Assembly: GCA_964035545.1 (NCBI GenBank)
Contig: OZ037766.1
Coordinates: 24,358,126-24,422,125, forward strand
Direction: 5' to 3'
DNA: 64,000 nt
Source of the DNA: Bugula neritina
Lineage: Eukaryota > Animalia > Bryozoa
A program made the position numbers and the translations under genes. Under the pieces are notes generated by a model, which was not told the DNA's origin, made no database searches, and saw only the letters and a list, made by a program, of their open reading frames with translations. Below are positions 13,601-23,486 of the stretch, one piece after another; the stretch's first letter is position 1, and each line of letters starts with the position of its first letter.

Positions 13601-16600
13601 ATAAACAAAGTACACAGCAAGCTATTCACTAGCCTGTCAGCTAACAGGCCTGTAATTAATAATGTAATAAGGATCACATTTGCAGTGTATAAATCACCTA
13701 TATTTTATAGAAAGTCTATAAAAGCTATTGAAAATTTCAAAAAAGTTGCTTTGAGGAACACAAAGATCTACAACATGGTTTTTAAATTTTGATTCTATAG
13801 CACAATTAGGTGAGGTTTTATTTGGCTGGACTGAATTCTTATATACTAATAGTGTGGTCCCAGCAAGGTAGTTACAGCTAGAAGGTTGCCCTTATCTACA
13901 TATCTTGTGGATATGTTTGGTTTGGTATATTATGGTGTGCAGCTTTGGTTATTTGATTTTAGAGTAGTGTCCAAGATGTTTATAATTTTTAGTCTTCAAT
14001 GCATTTTTACAGATATCCCTAATTAAAGATATTTTTAATTACAAAGAGATATTTTTAATTGAAATAGATATATGTATAATTTAATTAATATAATAATGCA
14101 GTTTAGCAGCTTACAGATAATTGAAGAGATTAAATGTGATACCAAATAATTAACTACCAAGCCAGAGATTTACTATTACATTCAATAGCAAAATTCTAAA
14201 ACAAACCATTATTTTTTTGACGCTAACTTCAAATGCAACCTTTTTTTATATATATAATGTGTGTGTGTGTGTGCGTGCGGGCGTGTGCGATCTCCTCCAC
14301 ACACATACCTGCACTAGTATAGGCTACTCATAACTAAATGTAAATAGGTAAAATCTTCCTCCAAGTTTCGATTTAGGACTTAAGTTACTAGGGACTACCA
14401 TGCCGATGTTGTTTCTAGCAAACCATTGTAATTTTGCATATTGAATGTAATAGTAAATCTCTGGCTTGGTAGTTAATTATTTGGTATCACATTTAATCTC
14501 TTCAATTATCTGTAAGCTGCTAAACTGCATTATTATATTAATTAAATTATACATATATCTATTTCAATTAAAAATATCTCTTTGTAATTAAAAATATCTT
14601 TAATTATAGGGATTTCTGTAAAAATGCATTGAAGACTAAAAATTATAAACATCTTGGACACTACTCTAAAATCAAATAACCAAAGCTGCACACCATAATA
14701 TACCAAACCAAACATATCCACAAGATATGTAGATAAGGGCAACCTTCTAGCTGTAACTACCTTGCTGGGACCACACTATTAGTATATAAGAATTCAGTCC
14801 AGCCAAATAAAACCTCACCTAATTGTGCTATAGAATCAAAATTTAAAAACCATGTTGTAGATCTTTGTGTTCCTCAAAGCAACTTTTTTGAAATTTTCAA
14901 TAGCTTTTATAGACTTTCTATAAAATATAGGTGATTTATACACTGCAAATGTGATCCTTATTACATTATTAATTACAGGCCTGTTAGCTGACAGGCTAGT
15001 GAATAGCTTGCTGTGTACTTTGTTTATAAAAGCAAGCCGCAATGGAATGTTGATAGATGATGCAGCTGTTTTCTAGTCATAGTGTAATCTCAGGCTAAAC
15101 AATCACAAGTAGGCAACACGCATGCCACCCAAATACAGCTTTAACAAAGCAAGAACTTAAACTAGATTGTGAGTGAAATCAATGATATTCTCAGTGAGGA
15201 TGCTATTTACTATCAAGTGTACTAATTTTCGGACTAATGGACCTTCGGACTAATGGACCTTCGGACTAATGGACCTTCGGACTAATGGACCTTCGGACTA
15301 ATGGGCCTTCGGAATATTGCTCCGTCCCCCCTATATTAAAGCATTAGGAATACCTTAGAGCAATACTTCCAGAGATTTTCTTCTGTAGAGTCATTTTCAG
15401 TCATCAGGGGAGTATTTTTGTCATAGAACCACCTCAAGATAACCTTGCATGTATTCCTCACTTTCCCTGCTACAAACACAATGCAACTATACTTTAGTAT
15501 TGTTCACATTTATACCAAACTTTCATTCCATTCAATCTAACATCATATTGAAAAATATTTTTACCACAAACACTCCTCCCTCTCCATTATATCATATATA
15601 CCCCTTATATCAAAAACACCCCCTTATATTTTGTGAAATATCCTTTCCTGGCAGTTAGTTTTCTTTTTGGCGTCTCTAACTAACTTGCGCATCTGCCACC
15701 ATCATAAAGCTCTGCGTAGCTATTGTTGTATTGCTCTACAAACAGCTGTCTAAAATTGGCATTTAATTGGCCATCAATTGTATAATATAAAACAGTATTG
15801 ATTTTAACTTAGCTTCATGAAAGTGTCATGAGACTGGAGTTAGTGTGGACAAGTCTTGAAGTTTATATGCTGGCTGTATATGGGATAAGTTAGCATTGTT
15901 GAGTATACTTTTTACAAACGTTTAACCTAGCTAGGAGTAAGTTGTAGAATTTTCTGTCAACTTTTAGATAATGTTTCCTCTTTATCAATATGGTAAAGTT
16001 TCAAGTCTGTGTTATCATAAACTAAATTTTATTCACCCGTGTTTGTCACAAGATGCCCACCCTTAAGACCTTTATGAGGTAACAACTTGAAATTGTCATA
16101 TGACTCCTCGAGAGCCTTGAAATTTGTAGTCACATGATGTCTTGGAATTTCCACTCTTAATTTGTGCAAAATGTGGAAGCTTCCACAATTCCCCTCATGT
16201 GATATTACTTTAACTAAACAAATCAACAAAGTCGATAACTTGTTTATTTGCATGAAATATTCTTATGAAATAAGTGAACTTAAGATCTAGAAATATAAAC
16301 AGTTGTTAAAAAGTTAGAGAAATGGTGTTATTCACTAAACTATTATAACTTCAACCCATTCAGATTGATTGCAATTTGTTAAACACACGAAAGCAAATCA
16401 TAGACATCTTGTCTTCATCGAATATATTCTATATATCTTTTCAATGTATTCAAGTAAACAATATTTGCTTACTTTGAAATGAATGTTATTGTAATGCTTT
16501 TCAAAACTCTAGAAATATTTTTGGTTTAGAAATTTAGATTCATCGTGTTTTATGCCAGGGAAATCATGTATTATTTAGCTTGTTGGATAGCAACTTTTAC

Positions 16601-17409
16601 TATAGATAACACAAAACTGTGTGATACTATTACTTTGTAAATAATTGTTTATAAATAGGGAATATAACTCCAACTTTTCTGTGAAGCTGTAATGATTTAT
16701 TGGTAGATTCTCATGCTTTAATTGCTTTATATTCTACTAACTCCTTGCAACTAATCTCTCTTGTTTCAGGAGTTTTTCTCGGCTGTAAAAAGAGTAAAAG
16801 ACATTCACCAAGACTGCAAGATCCTACTGCGAACAAATCACCAAACAGCTGGGTGTGTAGATGTTAGATAATAGTGATAGCAAGTTCTCTTTTGCTCTTA
16901 CCAGTATCTTAATTAAAAGTATTTTATTACCTGGGTTCTTCTATCATCAGAAAGTCTTAGCTTATCTTATTCTAGCCAAGATTCTGGTTCAGATGTACCT
17001 ACAACCAATGAACTATAACTTTAGTTTTAGCTCTATGACTCAATCACTCATGTTCTCATGTTTGTTTAGAGTTCTATGAGAAGCCCTGGTGTTACGGTAC
17101 ATGTTATGTAATAGGTGTCTCTCATTATGCTGGCAGCAATATGAACTGATAGTGTAGGCTGACATTGTTTCAATAGATATGCTGCTACCTTAGATGACGT
17201 GCTGTAGGTTAGAGATTATGGAGTCTATGGCTGTATACCAGGAGGCTGCGTACGAGAGACTGTACAGATGGGCACAGGGTGAGCATCACACCACCTTCAT
17301 GTGAATTGCTTTAAATACTTGTAGAGCTAATATGTTTGTTTAAATAGCACACATGTTTGGAACGTGTTTAACTTCAATATCTTTGTATAATGTATAGATT
17401 TAGTGTCTA

Positions 17410-17490
<81 letters not shown>

Positions 17491-20400
17491 TTTATTTGTA
17501 ATTTTAAAATCTATGTAGAATGTATTTGGTTAATATCTGTGTAGAATATATATATATATTTAGCACATATATGGTATAAGCATTGAAAGAGGGAAACTAT
17601 AAAGATGGTAATATAGACTAAATTATTGGGTTTTTCTCGTTACTTACATGTGGTCTGATTATCTATAGTTTATATCTAACTATTTCCCGTTGACTATAGA
17701 CTATCATCTAATAAGCTTTCAGTATGTAGATAATGTATTGTCATCAGCATAGCCTGTATTCCTCATGATGTTTTACAGCTGAGTGCAGGCTGGTCACTAA
17801 CGACTCCCCTGATATCAGCTCTACTTTGTGCGAGGCTATGGCTGCTCTCCAGGATAGAAGTGTTCTGTTTAAATACACTCTGGATGAGTTCTGCGCCGCA
17901 AGGAGATCTGCCATAGTGAGGTCATTCATTGATGCTCTCACAAGAGGAGGTAATTCCTGAAATGTGCTTAGGAATTTGTGCTTACTAGCAAAGAGCAGAC
18001 AACTTTAAAGTTATTTAACTAAGGAATGTTCAATTAGAAGCGAATATATTATTTAAAATTCAGAGCATTGTCTTTAGCAATTTTTGGCAGAGTAGTGTCT
18101 AGTGTTGATTAGACTGAACATGTTTCAGCCACATAATATGTGAGAGAGAAGTATTTTTAACAAAAGCTGTAGAGTAGAGGCACTAGGTGTGTGCGAAAAA
18201 TCCCATATGTGGTGTTTTCTTTATTTAATTTATTCGTCTAATCAAATCACTCTTCAGTTGTCGTCTCCCACTTTGAGTCGTTGCACAGCCAGTTAATATT
18301 CCTGTAAACGTGTGTAGGCCCGGGAGGAACTCCTAAGCCTATAGAGCTACACTCCCACGACCCCCTCAGGTATGTCGGTGACATCTTAGCCTGGCTCCAC
18401 CAAGTATGTGCCTCTGAACACGAACATATAGGCTCCCTTCTCAGAATGTGCAGCAAGGATGGTAAGATTCAAAGCTACACTCTTCAATTATCTCTTTGTA
18501 TAAGTCAACTGGCATTATTGTTCTGTAAACAGCTGAAGCTAACTGTAAAGTTCCAAGGGTTAAGCTTTTCTATCCATAATTTAAAATGCAGCTTCAGACT
18601 GCAGATGGAGAATTTTAGACTTATTCAAAAAAATTTCGTCTTCTCAAAGCGAAACTTTAGAACCTGCTTAAATTTACTTTCTGCTGTCTTTGCTGCCTCA
18701 AGTGCCATGACTCCTTTTTTTGGAATTGTCTGTTCATTGTTCTAGGTCTGGAAGATACAATCAAGGGGGCTCTGACGCCAATCACTGAAGGACTCTGCAG
18801 GGCATTCAAAGTCAGAGTTGAGCAGGTTTTGGTGTCCGAGCTAACACCTGTGACCTTGTACAAGCTAGAGAACTTAGTGCAGTTCTATACAGTAACTGTG
18901 AGGTGAGGGGCGTATGTTGTACCCCCAACTTCGTTATTGAGCTCATAACATTCTTTGGCTAAAAGAAAGCTAGGAAATAGTGCATATTGTTCTTTCTCTT
19001 AACTATCTTTTTCTCCTGTTTTAATTCTGTTAAGATCAAAGCCTGGGTGCTAAAGAAATGGTCCACGAGCTCAGCCGTTAGCTCCATGTAGTACTTGTGA
19101 CTTGGTGTGCAGCTCTCTCCCAGCACCAACCTGCTGGGTTTTTTCTGGGTTTCTTATGACAAACATCCTAACTTTCTTACTAGATTCACTAATGTTGTTT
19201 CTTTCAGCAGTTGATTTTAGGCATTGCTTTGTTATATATTATGCTGTTACTTATTCTAGTTGGTGTCTGTATTTCAGTGAAATGTTGGATAAGAATGCTG
19301 CTATGGTAGACACACTGAGAGATATCAAGTCTTTAAGCAGCACGCTGTTCTACAACAGCTTGACCTGTCATACCAGCAAGCTTCTAGACCAGGTGAGTTA
19401 TTCTATATGTATTAGATGTTAGTATACCTATCAGTATATTGAGTATTAGTATACAGTATATTGAGTATTAGTATACAGTATATTCAGTATTAGTATACAG
19501 TATATTCAGTATTAGTATACAGTATACTGAGTATTAGTATACAGTATATTCAGTATTAGTATACAGTATATTCAGTATTAGTATACAGTATATTCAGTAT
19601 TAGTATACAGATCAGTATACTGAGTTAGGTATATATACTGTGTAATGCAGTGTAGTTGTAAGACTGTGTAATGCAGCACATTATCCGTTGGTTCAGGTTG
19701 AGTTACCAACCGAGGAGTTAGCTCCACCATCTTCTCTGATGTCTTCTCTTTCCCTCCTGCAAGATATTCTCTCGTGTAAAGATTCTGCAGTTCTGTCAGC
19801 GGAACATCGGCAGCAGGATTATCAAAAGGTATGGCACTTCCTCTTCCTGTATATCCTACATATACTTCCTGTATATCCTACATGTACTTCCTGTATATCC
19901 TACATATACTTCCTGTATACCCTGCATGTACTTCCCGTATATTCTACATGTACTTCCTGTATATCCTACATGTACTTCCTGTATATCCTACATGTACTTC
20001 CTGTATATCCTACATATACTTCCTGTATACCCTGCATGTACTTCCCGTATATTCTACATATACTTCCTGTATATCCTACATGTACTTCCTGTATATCCTA
20101 CATGTACTTCCTGTATATCCTACATGTACTTCCTGTATATCCTACATGTACTTCCTGTATATCCTACAAGTACTTCCTGTATATCCTACATGTACTTCAC
20201 ACTCTTTATATTATAATACGCACTGCATATATTGTATTACACATTTCGTATGTTTTAATAATTCAATAAGCACATTGTAAAATACACTTTTAACGTTGTA
20301 ATATTTGCTGTATGTGTTGTAATAAGTTGTACTACGCACCATGCTATGTACCCTACACAATGTACTACAGATACTGCGAACTGTGGTAGAGCCACTCATA

Positions 20401-22271
20401 CAGATGTGTACTGTGTCAGCTAGCAGACTCAACACTATTGAAATGGCTGTCTACATGGTCAACTGTCTACACCAGCAGCAGGTTGTCCTCTCTCTCTTTG
20501 AGTATACAGAGTCACATCTGGAGCTTATTCAAGCTCAGGTAGGCTATCACATGCATATAAAACTCACGCGAGTTTATAGTCACTATCCCTGTGAGAAACC
20601 TCTAATGGAAAGTTTTTTGTTAAATCGGGCTAAGGACTTATTCAGATGAGGCACAGGAGCAATTATGACTGGATGCTCTTCCTAACATCACCAATGGCCT
20701 TTGTCTGAGCTCGAACTCATGACCTCGTGTTTACTAGGCAAGTGCTCTAACCCCTAGACCACGGCTGCTACCATGACTATCACATGCATGTGTAGAATTA
20801 TTATGGTCTATTCATTTGTGTATGCAGGCTTATTCCATTGTAAGTCGGTAGACAGCATTGGGCAAGGTTGTACAATAAATAAAGTGATTGCATTGAATGT
20901 TTTATCTTCCCCCTGTGTGTGCGTGTGTGGTTTTCTATATACTACACAATCGCAGGTATTGATGTGTTTGGGATATGTTGTCCAATCATAGCTCGTGATA
21001 CATTCTCACTGTTGAGATACAGCTTGCAGTATCCAATCACAAGTCATGACAGTAACTGTATGATTGTAGATAGATGCTCATCTAGACACCCTCATCAGTG
21101 AAGATGCATCATATATATTGAATAAACTTGGACTAGCTGTCATATACAGCAATATGCAGAAGACATCGGTGTGTACTGCTTTGATCTCTAGTGTGTTTTA
21201 AAGTTTAGTCATGGACCTTTAGTGAGTGTAATATGCAGTAGAACACTTTAGTGAATGTAATATGCAGTAGAACACTTTAGTGAGTGTAATATGCAGCAGA
21301 ACGCAGGTTATTTCTCTGCAAATTGTCTTTCTTTATTTTCATGTTTTCAAACATCCTCCAAGTTGTTATTTTTTGTCATCTCAATTAAAGATGGAGTTTG
21401 AATTAATATTTTAGAGTAATGCTTCACTACTTCCCGACATGGGTGCTGAGGCTATCAAGTCTGCCATGGTATGTATCTCAGCTAGCTTTTTACCTTGTAT
21501 GTGATATCTGTTTCTTCTAAGATGAAATGTTTTATTAATAAAATTTATTCATAAAATGTTTTTTTAATAATGTGGTATGAATTTTGCACATTTAGATTTT
21601 TTGTGCGAGTTTAATTTGCTTTCAATTTCAAACTATGCACCAAGAATTATAATTATAAGTTTTTGTAAAACTAGTATCATGTAATTGTTGCAGGTGAAAT
21701 TTGATGAGTTTATGGTAAGGCCAGACAACTACCATTTCTACCAGATGTCTCTACTCAAAGCTAATAAACACAGGTATATTTTCTTAGAAGATGGCATTTC
21801 TTTTCATCATTGCTTCACTAGCAGAATTTATCACAGCCTGTAGCAAACTCACAAGTTGCACTTTATGTCTCTCACTGATGATTGTTACTGAGTCTAAAGG
21901 TCCTTTTACACCTTTTCTAAAAAAAATTCAATTTAATCCTTCTATAGGAATTTACTGAAATTTCTGAAATTACATCTAATAGTTGACTTACGCAATACCT
22001 TTTAAAAAGGCAATGCGTATTCATGAAATAGATATCCAGTCTATATTACTTGTTGTATTTGCTTAAACTAAGAAAGTTTTATTTTTCTTGTAGTTTTATA
22101 TTGTTTGTTATTTATAGAGATATAATTGGCCAGCAAGCCTGTGTCTTACTACTGACGGTATATGAGTTGATATACAAATGTATTCATACGCCAGAGCAAG
22201 GATATTCTCACCCACATTCCATACTGCCAAGGACACCTCAACAAGTTAAGACTCTGCTCCATCTTTCTTAG
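1692..22271 (+). CDS. COG6: Conserved oligomeric Golgi complex subunit 6, 16 coding exons, ~650 aa
   Basis: Exons 1692-1826, 3081-3224, 3676-3806, 4160-4274, 16770-16852, 17208-17278, 17779-17949, 18318-18461, 18746-18902, 19278-19392, 19697-19828, 20371-20538, 21070-21168, 21415-21468, 21694-21773, 22118-22271. All junctions are GT-AG, phases are consistent, total 1953 nt. Peptides [60 protein letters not shown] and [37 protein letters not shown] match COG6. Confidence 0.96.
2217..2391. repeat. Two short inverted repeats in COG6 intron 1
   Basis: Imperfect 28-bp arms spanning 2217-2279. Perfect 17-bp arms ATTTAGTATACTGATAC (2356-2372) and GTATCAGTATACTAAAT (2375-2391). Confidence 0.8.
5757..11495 (-). 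CDS. RING-HC (C3HC4) finger protein with a C-terminal NHL-like beta-propeller region, putative E3 ubiquitin ligase, nested antisense in COG6 intron 4; 5 coding exons, ~434 aa
   Basis: Exons 11495-11340, 8857-8413, 7791-7639, 7264-7079, 6121-5757. GT-AG junctions give a 1305-nt open frame. The RING CPVC-x11-CGH-x2-CSQC-x14-CPSC is split over exons 1 and 2 and is followed by a TRIM-type [10 protein letters not shown] helix. The C-terminus has blade-like segments ([48 protein letters not shown]). The start codon and the exon 3 donor are best guesses. Confidence 0.82.
6708..6752. repeat. Perfect 19-bp-arm hairpin
   Basis: TAGAGCATGTGTCAACACA (6708-6726), 7-nt loop, TGTGTTGACACATGCTCTA (6734-6752). 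Confidence 0.9.
7958..8045. repeat. 41-bp direct duplication (period 47)
   Basis: ACTACCACCAGTTGTACTACAATCTCGCCATCGTCTATTCT occurs at 7958-7998 and 8005-8045. Confidence 0.9.
13317..13402 (+). repeat. Left subterminal 16-bp tandem array of the foldback element
   Basis: CCATTAGTCCGAAGGT x5 plus a partial copy; mirrored at ~15228-15313. Confidence 0.95.
15228..15313 (-). repeat. Right subterminal 16-bp tandem array of the foldback element
   Basis: ACCTTCGGACTAATGG repeats, the reverse complement of the left array. Confidence 0.95.
17415..17482. repeat. (AT)n microsatellite in COG6 intron 6
   Basis: Uninterrupted ATATAT run followed by poly-T. Confidence 0.95.
19432..19610. repeat. 22-bp minisatellite (~8 copies), COG6 intron 10
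   Basis: Unit CAGTATATT(C/G)AGTATTAGTATA. Confidence 0.95.
19843..20198. repeat. 22-bp minisatellite (~16 copies), COG6 intron 11
   Basis: Unit CTTCCTGTATATCCTACATGTA with variants; starts ~14 nt after the donor at 19829. Confidence 0.95.
20557..20776 (-). mobile_element. tRNA-derived SINE with 13-bp TSD, in COG6 intron 12
   Basis: The minus strand reads GCAGCCGTGGTCTAGGGGTTAGAGCACTTGCCTAGTAAACACGAGGTCATGAGTTCGAGCTC, with A-box TGGTCTAGGGG, B-box GAGTTCGAGC and a tRNA-like head, followed by a non-tRNA body. Flanked by CTATCACATGCAT at 20544-20556 and 20777-20789. Confidence 0.82.
21217..21302. repeat. 29-bp minisatellite (3 copies), COG6 intron 13
   Basis: Unit CTTTAGTGA(G/A)TGTAATATGCAGTAGAACA. 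Confidence 0.9.
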
Positions 22272-22725
22272 CCTTAAATACTGCTGTTTTCTGCCCTATT
22301 AACTTCTTATGTGCTATTTTCAATATCCATTGGGGATTAGATATTTGCTATACCCTTTATTTAGTGAGCAGTCAAATTTTACTTCCAACTCTGGTATAGT
22401 AAGTTGTTGATTGGTTCTGAATATCATAGGGACATTTTATGGTAATGAATATTTATTTTTAATTATTAGTGTCTAAAAGACAGATTCTTCAGTGCAAGCT
22501 TGCTAGCAGAAACTCAAAACAACTTTCCTGGTAAATATCTCCAGTTGGAAAGCTTGGAGTAAAATTCAAGCAAATTATTGATGTATTTTTAGGAGTTATT
22601 CACTCTTAATCACTGTAGCTTCACTTTTGTGTACTTGTAACTTTCAATTATTGTATCTCATTACATCTTGTCAATGTATTTTTAAAAATACAACTTGCAC
22701 ATTATAATATTATCTTACTAAAGGC

Positions 22726-22731
22726 AATAAA
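22726..22731 (+). terminator. Candidate COG6 polyadenylation signal
   Basis: AATAAA ~455 nt after the stop codon, with TGTA motifs upstream. Confidence 0.5.
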
Positions 22732-23486
22732 TGGACACCCTTGCTACTAATTTCTATATATTCACTCACTTATTTTCAAAGAAAACATGCTAATAGTGGG
22801 GTTTTTGACACTTTGCAGCACTAATTCACTTAGCAACCCTTATGCAGAGTGCAGTACACAGGGACTCACTCCTAACTGCTCAACAAGTTCATGCTCTAAT
22901 AATTCAAACACCATGATCAGTTTGTTACTGTTTTAGCTACATATTATATAATAAAGAAGATACATAAATCTCGAAATTTTCATCTTTCAAGTTCAGGTAT
23001 TTGTCATGTTATTGGAGTACCTCGTTTTGTTTGCCAGTTTCTAATAGAAACGTACACCATCTTTGAAATTACACAGTTTATTTACATTTAATAAATATGG
23101 ATTAACATATTGGTGGAAACTATAATAAAATAGAAATATTATGTAAATAAATGTCTATGTAAAATAAATTCTATTGAGATCGGTTTGCACCAACAACAAA
23201 TATATGTATATACAACTAGTAGAACAATCAGTATAAAACATGGCCATGTGACAATAGGGAAGAGTATGTGAGGTGCATTGCTGTGAGAAGAGGGGAAAAC
23301 TCCAAGCGAAAGACTAGGCAGTAAATCAATTCTATCACAGACTATTTTAAAATGAGTTTAGCCTGCGAAACAGCCCTATATTAGATGAACAAAATTGAAA
23401 TTCTGACAATTCACTGTATGCAAATCTGTATAGAAGTGATAGAACATTAGACTATCTGTATATCCTACAGATATATGAGTAATACT

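Larger units (their letters stand above)
13301..15329. mobile_element. Non-autonomous foldback DNA transposon, probably Mutator/MULE-related: ~900-bp inverted arms, ~235-bp spacer, 9-bp TSD
   Basis: Arms ~13301-14195 and ~14430-15329 are reverse complements with only a few substitutions and indels. Flanking direct repeat CCTATATTA at 13292-13300 and 15330-15338. Termini are GG...CC, there are subterminal 16-bp tandem repeats, and no transposase ORF is present. Confidence 0.9.

Noticed and set aside
13550-15042. Twin ORFs (80 aa +, 68 aa -) and the 66-aa ORF at 14542-14742
   Set aside because: They arise from the foldback arms, are broken by indels between arms, and show no transposase motifs.
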